From positions 25,893 through 89,892 of the forward strand of contig CAZFBW010000002.1 of assembly GCA_964517625.1 (NCBI GenBank): DNA of 64,000 nt, written 5' to 3'. Made by a program: the position numbers and the translations under genes. The stretch comes from an uncultured Candidatus Saccharibacteria bacterium. GTDB lineage: Bacteria > Patescibacteriota > Minisyncoccia > Phycocordibacterales > UBA5272. The notes below the pieces were generated by a model, which was not told the origin of the DNA, ran no database searches, and saw nothing but the letters and a program-made list of their open reading frames with translations. Of this stretch, positions 20,085 through 31,561 are shown one piece after another. How positions within the stretch are numbered: the stretch's first letter is position 1; each line of letters opens with the position of its first letter.

Positions 20085-20873
20085 GTGCTTGCTCTCCTAT
20101 CGTTTTTCTACGGCGCTTCTCTTGGAAGTTTTACCCAGGTTCTTGTAACCAGGCTCCATGTTGCGTCCGTGATGAATGGTAGAAGTAAGTGTCTATCGTG
20201 TGGGGAATCACTCAAATGGTTTGATTTGATTCCCATTCTTTCCTATCTTGTTTTACGCGGGAAATGTCGGACATGCAAAAACAGCTTCGGAATAGAGCAT
20301 CTCGTTATTGAGATTCTCTTCGGGGCTGTTTTTCTTTTCATTTACCGCGGAGTTTTGGCAGGTCAAGGGGTTACGCTTGATTCGTTTCTTTGGCTGGTGT
20401 ACTACACTATTCTTTGTATTAGTCTTGGTGCAATTACTCTGTACGACATTCGTCATAAAGTTGTTCCTAGTATTTTCTTCATCATCTTCTTAATTCTTTC
20501 GCTTATCACTATGGTAATGCGGTTTATTGTAGAAGGGGATTCGTATGCGTTCTTTGCACCACTTCTCGTCGCTTTTCCGTTTATTCTTGCGTTTATTGTC
20601 ACAAAGGGTAAAGCGCTTGGGTTTGGGGATATCTTGATGTACATGGCCGTTGGTGCATTCTTCGGTCTCGAGCAAGGATTAACCGTTCTCTTCCTGTCTG
20701 TGTGGATTGGCGGGGTGGTGGCACTTGTTCTTCACCTCAAAAATAGCAAAGTATACGGCATGAAAGCAGCCCTTCCCTTTGTGCCGTTTATTACACTTGC
20801 ATTTTTCATTGTTCTATTCACAGACATTGACATTCTATCCCTCGGTCGCACGCTTTCTGAATGGTATCATTAA
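20085..20873 (+). CDS. pilD: prepilin peptidase
   Basis: RSKCLSC..LIPILSY...GKCRTC zinc motif, YD, GFGD, LPFVPF. Confidence 0.93.
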   Translation: MLALLSFFYGASLGSFTQVLVTRLHVASVMNGRSKCLSCGESLKWFDLIPILSYLVLRGKCRTCKNSFGIEHLVIEILFGAVFLFIYRGVLAGQGVTLDSFLWLVYYTILCISLGAITLYDIRHKVVPSIFFIIFLILSLITMVMRFIVEGDSYAFFAPLLVAFPFILAFIVTKGKALGFGDILMYMAVGAFFGLEQGLTVLFLSVWIGGVVALVLHLKNSKVYGMKAALPFVPFITLAFFIVLFTDIDILSLGRTLSEWYH

Positions 20874-20876
20874 AGA

Positions 20877-21578
20877 ATGGTGAAACGTTTTTTCTCTGTG
20901 AAGGTAAAAGCTGGATTTACGGTGATTGAGCTTTTGGTGAGCCTGGGCATCATGATTACCATTATGACAACGGTGCTTGGTAACTACCCAGAGTCAAATA
21001 TTCGCGTTAATCTCGCCATGCTTGCCCATACGATTACACTTGCTCTGCGTGAGACACAAATCAGAGGCACAGCAATTGACTCAAGCGACCTCTCCGTTGG
21101 TGGGTATGGACTCTTTTTTGATAAAGCCACGTCTACGCAATTTGTTCTCTTTAAGGATTTTGCAACCGTTGCTGGTCCGAATGGTTTAGATGTTGGGGAT
21201 GGGGTGTATTCAATGATTTTTGGTTCTGATGAAACAGAATCAATCACAACATTTCCGTACAAATTTAAGGTGGGGAAGTTGTGTGTCGGTACAGGATATC
21301 CATTTACCGGGACAAACAATGGTTCATGTGACACTGATAACACGGCAAGTATGCCAACCATTAATACGGTAACAATTGCTTTTGTGCGACCAAGTCCACA
21401 ACCAATCATTACCATTAATCAAGACGATGCTCTTAATAAAAGAGACAGCATCTCAAATGGAATTTCTGGGGCCTGCATAGAGGTGACGTCTGAGAGTCCA
21501 AACAGGGAAGCGTATGTTCGCTCGGCGCAGGTGTATACGTCGGGAAGAATCGTGGCTTCAAAAGTTGGATGCCAATAA
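20877..21578 (+). CDS. minor type IV pilin (FimT/FimU-like position)
   Basis: AG|FTVIELLVSLGI. Confidence 0.82.
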   Translation: MVKRFFSVKVKAGFTVIELLVSLGIMITIMTTVLGNYPESNIRVNLAMLAHTITLALRETQIRGTAIDSSDLSVGGYGLFFDKATSTQFVLFKDFATVAGPNGLDVGDGVYSMIFGSDETESITTFPYKFKVGKLCVGTGYPFTGTNNGSCDTDNTASMPTINTVTIAFVRPSPQPIITINQDDALNKRDSISNGISGACIEVTSESPNREAYVRSAQVYTSGRIVASKVGCQ

Positions 21579-22288
21579 CAACCATGAAACAAAAATCTTT
21601 TTTTACAAACAGTATACAGACGAAAGGGTTTACTCTCGTAGAGATGCTTGTTTCTTCTGCAATTTTTGCATCACTTGTGGTTATGGCAACAGGGGCTTTG
21701 TTTTCTGCGCAATCACTTAACACCAAAGTTCAGCAAACACAGATTATTTTAGATGGAGTTAATTTAAGTATGGAAACAATGATTCGTGATATTCGTTATG
21801 GATACAATTATCATTGCGCACAAACTTTTTCTACATCGTCTCCACCAGCCAATTTTGACCTTCGTCGAAGCTGTGGACTTGAAATTGATGGTTCTAATCC
21901 AACAGCGTTTGCAGGCAAGGCTTTAATTTTTCATCCCGTAGGTATTGCTGATGATACGGCGCGAGTTGCTTATTTTATTAAAACATCAGGAAGTAATTCT
22001 TCAATTCAAAAGGCGACATGTAATCCAAATCCACCTGGGCCTTGTGTGTGGGATGATGAGGTTGCACAAATAACAGGGGACGATGCTTATATCGACAACC
22101 TTTCTTTCTTTGTTGTTGGAGCAAATTCATCAATTGGTTCAGATGGTACAAATTTTGGGAACACAGCAGACGATATGCAACCACTTGTGACAGTTCTTTC
22201 TGGAGGAAAAACAAAACCAAGCGATGCGACACTGCCGGTTCCCTTCCATGTCCAGTATTCGTCTGTTTCGCGAAGCATTGATAATTAA
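21569..22288 (+). CDS. minor type IV pilin (PilW-like)
   Basis: KG|FTLVEMLVS, ..METMIRDIRYG; true start may be ATG 21584. Confidence 0.82.
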   Translation: MPITTMKQKSFFTNSIQTKGFTLVEMLVSSAIFASLVVMATGALFSAQSLNTKVQQTQIILDGVNLSMETMIRDIRYGYNYHCAQTFSTSSPPANFDLRRSCGLEIDGSNPTAFAGKALIFHPVGIADDTARVAYFIKTSGSNSSIQKATCNPNPPGPCVWDDEVAQITGDDAYIDNLSFFVVGANSSIGSDGTNFGNTADDMQPLVTVLSGGKTKPSDATLPVPFHVQYSSVSRSIDN

Positions 22289-22291
22289 CAT

Positions 22292-23047
22292 ATGAAAACA
22301 AAGTTTCCATCATTTTTAAAACCAAGACGAGCCTTCACCCTTATTGAAACACTGCTTGCAACGCTTGTAATTTCTATGGTGATTTTAGGACCGCTTACGG
22401 TATCTATTACATCGTCATCGTATGCAAAAGATACCAAAAAGGTGATTACAGCAAGCTATCTTGCTCATGAGGGTCTTGAACTCATTCGTTTTAAGCGTGA
22501 CAGCGCTTTCGTTGAGTGTCAGAGTGGTCAGGCTACCTGCGTACCGATTTCATTTACAGCGTCATCTATGGAGAATACACAACAGGCGTCGTGGAGAATT
22601 TTTAAGGAGCGTTTTAGAACAGCCGTTAATGGAAATGGTGTGCAACCATCATGTTTTACCGATGACGATCCGGAAGGGTGTGCTTTTGATGTGTATGGTG
22701 TTACCCAAACCGGGTCAGGAATTGCAAACAGGTATGTTGCTGCAGATGACAGGTGTTCATCCATGTACACAGACAACAGGTTGGATCAACCATCTGGATA
22801 CGATGTCACAGGGATGGGGGTTACGGATAGGGTGTATGTATGTAAGGAAAACGGTTTACCATATGACTACTCTGACACAGGGTTTGCACGTGTCATTAAA
22901 TTAACACCAGTTTCTCTCTCCTATGGTGATGATTATCAAAAAATGTATGAAGATGATGTTCGTGTTGAGTCGGCGGTGACATATACTCGCGTACATGGCA
23001 TCAAACGTACCGTACGTGCTGTTGATTATTTGCACGCTCGCCCATAA
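22292..23047 (+). CDS. minor type IV pilin (PilV-like)
   Basis: RA|FTLIETLLA, A.YLAHEGLELIR. Confidence 0.8.
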   Translation: MKTKFPSFLKPRRAFTLIETLLATLVISMVILGPLTVSITSSSYAKDTKKVITASYLAHEGLELIRFKRDSAFVECQSGQATCVPISFTASSMENTQQASWRIFKERFRTAVNGNGVQPSCFTDDDPEGCAFDVYGVTQTGSGIANRYVAADDRCSSMYTDNRLDQPSGYDVTGMGVTDRVYVCKENGLPYDYSDTGFARVIKLTPVSLSYGDDYQKMYEDDVRVESAVTYTRVHGIKRTVRAVDYLHARP

Positions 23048-23050
23048 TCT

Positions 23051-23671
23051 ATGAAAACTATTTTTAAACAATTTCGTTCTGATAAAAAAGCGTTCATCAT
23101 GCCTCTTACACTTACCCTTGCTGCACTTATTTTAACTGTTGCAGGCGGAATTACGATGATTATTGGTAAAGAATTATTTTTCTCTCGCCTTACGCGCGAA
23201 AGTGCTACCGCATACTATACTGCTGACACCGCACTTGAGTGTGCAACGGTTGTTGATGAATCATACAACGGTACCGATGGCAATGGATTGTTCCAATATG
23301 ATTTGCTCAACGAAGCAACCTCCACACTTAATTACGTAAACACTATCCGTCAGGCCCAAGGTATTAGAACGCTTCTCCTAACTGATATTTTGTGTGCGTC
23401 TGTTCCAATTTTAGATTCCGATCGTTCTTCATTTACCACCACCACTACCGACAGCACAGGCTCCGCACTTCAGGACCCATATGGAAATCAAACAGTAATG
23501 TCATCATTTACGATGATGATGGATACCGGCGAGGGAACAGTTGCTTGCGCGAAGGTAACGGTTGAGAAGAGCCTAAGTTGGCGTCAGATTATTGCGCGTG
23601 GATTTAACTCTTGTAATTTCGGCACAAAAAACCTTCTTGAACGCGCGGTAATCAGCACTTCGGAGCGCTAA
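23051..23671 (+). CDS. PilX-like minor pilin (no Glu+5)
   Basis: KA|FIMPLTL, AYYTADTALECA, C-terminal I.ARG...ERAV. Confidence 0.72.
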   Translation: MKTIFKQFRSDKKAFIMPLTLTLAALILTVAGGITMIIGKELFFSRLTRESATAYYTADTALECATVVDESYNGTDGNGLFQYDLLNEATSTLNYVNTIRQAQGIRTLLLTDILCASVPILDSDRSSFTTTTTDSTGSALQDPYGNQTVMSSFTMMMDTGEGTVACAKVTVEKSLSWRQIIARGFNSCNFGTKNLLERAVISTSER

Positions 23672-23674
23672 TAA

Positions 23675-25732
<2,058 letters not shown>

Positions 25733-25775
25733 ATAATGCGGAGTGGATATTGTATCAACTAACGGGAGAAAGCAT

Positions 25776-26159
25776 TTGTCAAAACAGCAAAGCAGAAATG
25801 CCAAACCACACTTCCAACCCCGTCGCGAAGATAAAGGTAAACCAAGTAAAGGGAGAGCAAACCTTCATCTAGTTTCGAGTGAGGGTAGTTTCGAAATAAA
25901 AAAAGGTAAAGTTGCTGAGGATGAAGCAAAAGCAAGGGCAGACGGTCTTTTTAGGGATGTGCACCGAGGTTACTGTTGTATGTGTAAGGTGAAAACCGAC
26001 ACAATCTATGCCTGGGTCTTTATGTTCTGGGAAGATGGAGAAACTGAGCATTGGAGAGATAGAAGGCTTCAGCATGCTGGCGTTTGTTCTGGTGTTTGTA
26101 GTCGAGAATACGATGCTCTCGATTATAGCCAGAAAATGGTGCAGGTAAGGGGTAGGTAG
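25776..26159 (+). CDS. hypothetical Cys-rich (putative zinc-binding) protein
   Basis: TTG start after GGGAG; CCMC...CSGVC; TTGACA promoter in the ligA 3' end; terminator hairpin 26174-26201. Confidence 0.55.
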   Translation: MSKQQSRNAKPHFQPRREDKGKPSKGRANLHLVSSEGSFEIKKGKVAEDEAKARADGLFRDVHRGYCCMCKVKTDTIYAWVFMFWEDGETEHWRDRRLQHAGVCSGVCSREYDALDYSQKMVQVRGR

Positions 26160-26238
26160 TAGCGGAAGAATTTAAAGGCGAGCGCAAGTGCTCGCCTTTT
26201 TCGTTTGGGGAGGTTGGTTATGGTAGAATATCAACATT

Positions 26239-26523
26239 ATGGTATTTACTGAAAAAGATTTGGATAATTTAAGTCAGCTTGCGCGTGTAAGTGTCAGTGC
26301 TGAGGAAAAGGAAAAAATGCTTCACGACATGCAATCCATTTTGGGTTATGTAAGTGAAATCAACGCAGTATCAGGAAGCGTTGAGCGTGAAGTTCCAGAA
26401 CTTCGCAATGTGTTTCGTGATGATGTTATCACTCATGAAACAGGTTCTAATACTAAAGCAGTTTTGTCCGAAGCACCTGCAACTGAAGATGGCTTTGTAA
26501 AAGTTAATCAAGTTTTTAAATAA
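26239..26523 (+). CDS. gatC: Asp/Glu-tRNA amidotransferase subunit C
   Basis: LARV, ILGYV, NVFRDD, AP.TEDGFVKV; directly upstream of gatA. Confidence 0.92.
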   Translation: MVFTEKDLDNLSQLARVSVSAEEKEKMLHDMQSILGYVSEINAVSGSVEREVPELRNVFRDDVITHETGSNTKAVLSEAPATEDGFVKVNQVFK

Positions 26524-26524
26524 C

Positions 26525-27931
26525 ATGAAATCAGTTGCCGAACTCCACGATGCATTAGCAAAAGGAACGCTCACCATTGAGGAGCTTGTTCTAAGTGCCA
26601 AGAAAACGATTAAAGAAAAAGACGGCGAGATTCATGCACTTCTCGGGCTATATAGTGACGCACTTATTGGTGAACAAATTAAAAAAGCGAAAGAAATGTT
26701 TGCAAATAAAACCGCAACCACACTTACCGGTATTCCTTTTATTTTTAAAGATAATCTTCTTGTGAAAGGTGAACTTGCAACTGGGGGGTCTAAAATTCTT
26801 GAACACTACAAAGCGGTCTATGATGGCTCAGTTGTTGCAAAATTAAAAGCGGAAGGTGCGATTTTACTTGGGCGTGCAAATATGGATGAATTTGCTATGG
26901 GCTCGAGTACCGAAAATTCAGCCTATGGTGTAACTAAAAATCCTCACGATACAACACGTGTAGCAGGTGGTTCATCTGGTGGGTCTGCGGCAGCGGTGTC
27001 TGCAGGATACGTGCCAGTGTCACTTGGTTCAGACACTGGAGGCTCTATTCGCCAACCGGCGGCGTTTTGTGGTGTGGTGGGACTTAAGACCACCTACGGC
27101 GCGGTGTCACGCTCAGGCGTGATGGCCATGGGCTCATCACTTGATCAGATTGGGCCATTTGGAACGTGTGTTGATGATGTTGAAGCAGTGTTTGATGTGA
27201 TTTCATTTCACGATCCACTCGATAGCACATCACTTCCTAAAAATGCGCGAGCATACAACAAACCTGCTAAAAAAGTAATCGGTGTGCCGAGAGATTTCGT
27301 CGAACAAAAAGGCGTTGATAAAGAAGTACTTGCAAATTTTAATGAATCGCTTGAGAAGATGAAGAAAGCGGGTTACACGATTAAAGATGTTTCAGTTAAA
27401 CATATTGAGAAAGCACTTTCCGTGTACTACATTTTGATGCCGGCTGAAGTATCAAGTAACTTAGCACGCTATGACGGTATTCGCTATGGACTTTCTGTTC
27501 CTGGAGATACAAGCATTAGAGGATATTTTGAATCGCGTACGGCCGGGTTTGGTGATGAGGTGCGCAGAAGAATATTGCTCGGTACGTATGTACTTTCATC
27601 TGGGTACTACGATGCATACTACAATAAAGCAAATCTTGTAAAAGGCATGCTTGTAAAAGAATTCAATCGCGTGTTTGAAGAGGTAGATGTGATCGCAACA
27701 CCGACCACGCCAACAACATCGTTTAAGGTTGGAGAAAAATCCCATGACCCACTTTCCATGTATTTGGCAGATATCTTTACTGTGCCTGTAAACATTGTCG
27801 GCGTTCCAGCAATCTCTATTCCAACAGGTAAGGATTCTCAGAATCTTCCTTTTTCGATGCAGTTCATTGCTCCGCATAATGGAGAAAAGCTTTTGTTCAC
27901 TTACGGCAGAACACTTGAAGGGTTATACTAG
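26525..27931 (+). CDS. gatA: Asp/Glu-tRNA amidotransferase subunit A
   Basis: [50 protein letters not shown]. Confidence 0.97.
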   Translation: MKSVAELHDALAKGTLTIEELVLSAKKTIKEKDGEIHALLGLYSDALIGEQIKKAKEMFANKTATTLTGIPFIFKDNLLVKGELATGGSKILEHYKAVYDGSVVAKLKAEGAILLGRANMDEFAMGSSTENSAYGVTKNPHDTTRVAGGSSGGSAAAVSAGYVPVSLGSDTGGSIRQPAAFCGVVGLKTTYGAVSRSGVMAMGSSLDQIGPFGTCVDDVEAVFDVISFHDPLDSTSLPKNARAYNKPAKKVIGVPRDFVEQKGVDKEVLANFNESLEKMKKAGYTIKDVSVKHIEKALSVYYILMPAEVSSNLARYDGIRYGLSVPGDTSIRGYFESRTAGFGDEVRRRILLGTYVLSSGYYDAYYNKANLVKGMLVKEFNRVFEEVDVIATPTTPTTSFKVGEKSHDPLSMYLADIFTVPVNIVGVPAISIPTGKDSQNLPFSMQFIAPHNGEKLLFTYGRTLEGLY

Positions 27932-27936
27932 AAGGG

Positions 27937-29325
27937 ATGTATTCGCTTAATCTCGACTACCTGTTTAATCGCGTCTACGATGTACTTCTCTGGATGAAGT
28001 ATGTTTGGCTTTTTGTTTTCTTGCGAAAAAATCCGGAAGACTACTTAGCAGAGAATGTTGGTAGAGAGTGGGATGGTTTGCGCGACAGGGGATGGTTTAA
28101 CGATTATTTTGCTACAAAAGATGCCGCAGCAAGCGCAGTTTCTAATGAAACTACCTGGCAAAAAATTCTTCATTTGTTTGGTATTAAAGATAGAGACACC
28201 GATGGCGATGGTATTTCAAACATTGTTGATAGTAAGCCATACGACCCCAACAATTTGACGCAAGCGCAACTGAAAGAACGCTTTGAGCAAGATTATACAT
28301 TTGGCGATAAAGTACGCGACCTGTTTGGACTTGCTCCGAAAGATACTGATAGGGATGGCGTACCGGACAGTTATGAAAAGGCGCATGGGCTTAATCCAAA
28401 TCAAACCGATACCGATCGAGATAATTCAAGTGACGGGCAAGAATTGACTGTTGGCACTGACCCACTTAATAATGATACTGATAGAGATTTAATACTTGAT
28501 GGACGCGATGAAGCACCGCTTGATGGGAAGGTTTCTTCAATTGGACAAGATACCGATGGCGATGGGGTAAGCGACAGATTGGAAAATCTTTTGGGGACAA
28601 ATATTGAAAACAGGGATACTGACGGCGATGGCATTCCAGATGGTATGGATACGTATCCGACCGACCTCAATAACGACGGAACGTATGCGCTTCCAGATTT
28701 CGGACAAGCTCTTGATGGATTACAAACATCAATTCGCAACCCGGTACTTGCTTTTGTTTCTGATATGTTTTCGGTGATGGCAGTTATTGCGCTCTGTTTT
28801 TTTGTGGTTATCATCATGATGTGGGTGATTAAGTTTTGGAACTCACTCAATAAGTACGATGAACATTTTGTGCAAGAGGAAGAGGAAAAGCAAAAAGAAA
28901 AACCCGAAGAAAAATATGGAGGTGAACATATCGGCATTCCGGGACTTGCGGTTTCTGAAGATGTGACCTTCTCAGAGGAGATACCAGTACCACCACCATC
29001 GAATGAAGAGTTCGAAAGCCATCCACGTTGGGCAATTGTTGAAGGATATATGTCGTCAAACGTTGAAGCGTTGTGGAGAATCGGTATTATCGAGGCGGAC
29101 AACATGCTCCGTGAAGTGTTAGCAGAAAAAGGATATGCAGGAGAAGATGTCGGCGAGATGCTCATGACGGCAAAGTTTAAGACGGTGCAGTTGGCGTGGG
29201 ATGCACATTTGGTGCGGAATAAAATTGCTCACGAAGGGTCAAACTATACCTTGACCGCTCGCGAAGCGAAAAGAGTCTTTGCTCTCTATGAGTCTGTATT
29301 TTTGGAATTAGGAGCGATTCAATAA
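27937..29325 (+). CDS. membrane protein with DxDGDG (TSP3-like) Ca-binding repeats and C-terminal RxxxxH HEPN-like domain
   Basis: Six DTD[G/R]D repeats; TM at about aa 270-300; IIEAD..L...RNKIAH. Confidence 0.75.
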   Translation: MYSLNLDYLFNRVYDVLLWMKYVWLFVFLRKNPEDYLAENVGREWDGLRDRGWFNDYFATKDAAASAVSNETTWQKILHLFGIKDRDTDGDGISNIVDSKPYDPNNLTQAQLKERFEQDYTFGDKVRDLFGLAPKDTDRDGVPDSYEKAHGLNPNQTDTDRDNSSDGQELTVGTDPLNNDTDRDLILDGRDEAPLDGKVSSIGQDTDGDGVSDRLENLLGTNIENRDTDGDGIPDGMDTYPTDLNNDGTYALPDFGQALDGLQTSIRNPVLAFVSDMFSVMAVIALCFFVVIIMMWVIKFWNSLNKYDEHFVQEEEEKQKEKPEEKYGGEHIGIPGLAVSEDVTFSEEIPVPPPSNEEFESHPRWAIVEGYMSSNVEALWRIGIIEADNMLREVLAEKGYAGEDVGEMLMTAKFKTVQLAWDAHLVRNKIAHEGSNYTLTAREAKRVFALYESVFLELGAIQ

Positions 29326-29381
29326 TAAAAAGCAGTCTTGAATAATAATCTTATTTGTGGTATTATTTGTTCCACAAATAT

Positions 29382-29452
29382 AGCGGGGTAGAGTAGAGGT
29401 AACTCACGAGGCTCATAACCTCGGGACACAGGTTCGATTCCTGTCCCCGCAA
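29382..29452 (+). tRNA. tRNA-fMet (CAT), initiator
   Basis: AGCGGGG/CCCCGCA with a 1:72 mismatch, A11-U24, anticodon arm CGAGG-CTCATAA-CCTCG. Confidence 0.9.
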
Positions 29453-29543
29453 CAAGCAAAGCTACGTGACAAAAGCTGGTTTCATCGCCCATCACGTAGC
29501 GGTGGGCGATGAATGGTGTACTATAATGTGTAAGTTAATAGAA

Positions 29544-29617
29544 GTCAGTGTAGCTCAGTTGGTTAGAGCGAGGGACTCATAAGCCCTAGGTCGGAGGTTC
29601 GATCCCTCCCACTGACA
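29544..29617 (+). tRNA. tRNA (CAT), probably elongator Met; Ile2 not excluded
   Basis: GTCAGTG/CACTGAC acceptor, CT-CAT-AA loop, GGTTCGATCC. Confidence 0.88.
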
Positions 29618-29665
29618 CCCGTTTCGGCGGATTCTAGTTTTCTGCTAGAATGTGTAAGTTAGAAA

Positions 29666-29738
29666 AATATGCAGTGGTAGCCCGAGAAGCTTGGCTTCGA
29701 AGGTGTCCGTAGCTACCAAGCGAAGGGCGCAGCTGGTT
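29666..29738 (+). pseudogene. duplicated tRNA-Asp 5' fragment interrupted by a structured insert
   Basis: AATATGCAGTGGTAGC (29666-29681) = 29778-29793; CAGCTGGTT resumes at 29730-29738. Confidence 0.65.
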
Positions 29739-29782
29739 CGAAGAAGGGTTGTAAAAGTGAGTCGGTGTACAAAATATAATAT

Positions 29783-29856
29783 GCAGTGGTAGCTCAGCTG
29801 GTTAGAGCACCGCCCTGTCACGGCGGGGGTCGTGGGTTCAAGTCCCATTCACTGCG
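29783..29856 (+). tRNA. tRNA-Asp (GTC)
   Basis: GCAGTGG/TCACTGC, CCGCC-CTGTCAC-GGCGG, discriminator G. Confidence 0.94.
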
Positions 29857-29922
29857 CATAAAGCAAAAACAATGGTTCTCGCCATTGTTTTTGCTTGTGT
29901 ATGGGTATAGTATATATACACC

Positions 29923-30453
29923 ATGCACCACGAAATTGAGCGAAAGTTTCTCGTGCAAAAAATGCCAAAATTAAGGGGCATCAAAGTTGTGCCTCAGGAA
30001 AGGTATTTTATACAGCAAGGGGAAGAGGGGATAGTTGAGGAGGGTTTTAAAAGGACGGGCAATGTTTTTCAGCATGAATTGAAGATTTCTATTGCTCCAG
30101 ATGAAAGAACACAAGAAATTATTATTATCACTAAAGAAGAATTTGAACGATTTAAGAAAAATAGTACAAAGGTTATTTATCGTGACAGTTATCTTGTTTC
30201 AGAAAAACCACGCATTTTAATAAAAAAATATAAAGGCGATTACGAAGGATTGGTGCTTGCGGAAGTTGAATTTGATTCGCATGAAGAGGCAGAAAAATTT
30301 GTCGCGCTCGATTGGATGGGCGCAGAAGTAACCGATACGCTGATAGGTAAAGACGCACACCTGGTTACTTTAAGTAGGAAAGAGTTTCAAAAAATCGTCA
30401 AAGAAGCTGAAGAAATTTTCAATTTCGACGAAACCAAAGAAAGCATTAATTAG
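29923..30453 (+). CDS. CYTH domain protein
   Basis: EIERKFLV, LVLAEVEF, WMGAEVT. Confidence 0.88.
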   Translation: MHHEIERKFLVQKMPKLRGIKVVPQERYFIQQGEEGIVEEGFKRTGNVFQHELKISIAPDERTQEIIIITKEEFERFKKNSTKVIYRDSYLVSEKPRILIKKYKGDYEGLVLAEVEFDSHEEAEKFVALDWMGAEVTDTLIGKDAHLVTLSRKEFQKIVKEAEEIFNFDETKESIN

Positions 30454-30505
30454 CAACCTCTATCAACAGGGGAAATACCTATTCGTGGGATATACTTAAT
30501 CTCAT

Positions 30506-31561
30506 ATGCAACCACTAAAAATAGCAATCAATGGGTTTGGGCGTATTGGGCGTGCGTTTTTAAAAGTGTCCCTATTGCGTGATGACATGGAAGTTGTCGC
30601 AGTGAACGATTTAGGAGATGTTAAGAATTTGGCGTACCTTCTTCAGTACGATACAGTGTACAAAACCTCTCCATTTGATGTTCATGCAGAAATTCATGAG
30701 GGCGGAAAGCAAGAACTTGTTATTAAAATGGGGGACAAGGAGCGACGTGTGGCCGTTGTACAGGTAAAGGATCCCACAACACTTCCATGGAAAGATTTTG
30801 GTATTGATGTTGTTGTTGAATCAACGGGACTCTTTGTTACATATGACAAAGCAAATGCACACATCATCGCAGGCGCTAAGCATGTGGTTATCTCTGCGCC
30901 CGCAAAGAAAGGCGAAGACGAGAGTATCAAGGGTGAAACAATTCTCCTTTCAGTGAATGAAGATAAATTTGGCACGTGCCAAGTAACATCGAATGCATCG
31001 TGTACGACCAATGCATCATCACCAATTATTGGAATTCTCGATGAAGCAATTGGTATTGAAAAAGCAATCTTAAACACTGTTCACTCATATACCGCTTCAC
31101 AATCAATTGTGGATGGTCCAAATAAAAAAGATTTTCGTGAAGGCAGATCAGGTGGGCAAAATATCGTACCTTCTTCTACGGGCGCGGCAATTGCTGTAAC
31201 AAAGGCATATACGCAACTTGAAGGAAAGTTTGATGGTATTTCTATTCGCGTACCAACTCCGGCTGGTTCTATTGCTGACATTACCTTTATTTCAAAGCGA
31301 CCAACAAGCGCTGAAGAAGTAAACAGTATTCTTAAAAAAGCATCTGAACGTGACAAATGGAAACATGTATTTACAGCAACTGAGGAAGAACTTGTTTCAA
31401 GCGATATTATTGGGCTTCCGTTTGCCTCTATTGCTGATTTGAAGATGACACGTGTCGTTGATGGCAACTTGGTAAAGGTAATGGCATGGTATGACAATGA
31501 AATGGGATACACTAACACCCTCGTTGAACACGTCGCCCGTGCAGGAAAAGCAATAAAATAA
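30506..31561 (+). CDS. gap: glyceraldehyde-3-phosphate dehydrogenase (type I)
   Basis: INGFGRIGR, SNASCTTN, WYDNEMGY. Confidence 0.97.
   Translation: MQPLKIAINGFGRIGRAFLKVSLLRDDMEVVAVNDLGDVKNLAYLLQYDTVYKTSPFDVHAEIHEGGKQELVIKMGDKERRVAVVQVKDPTTLPWKDFGIDVVVESTGLFVTYDKANAHIIAGAKHVVISAPAKKGEDESIKGETILLSVNEDKFGTCQVTSNASCTTNASSPIIGILDEAIGIEKAILNTVHSYTASQSIVDGPNKKDFREGRSGGQNIVPSSTGAAIAVTKAYTQLEGKFDGISIRVPTPAGSIADITFISKRPTSAEEVNSILKKASERDKWKHVFTATEEELVSSDIIGLPFASIADLKMTRVVDGNLVKVMAWYDNEMGYTNTLVEHVARAGKAIK

Noticed and set aside
19363-23671. Diversity-generating retroelement or shufflon acting on the pilins
   Set aside because: No reverse transcriptase, recombinase or template/variable repeat pair was seen in the window
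28190-28680. Recurring GATAC(C/T)GA motifs as a CRISPR or DNA repeat array
   Set aside because: Irregular spacing and in-frame; they encode DTDGD protein repeats, and no cas genes are present
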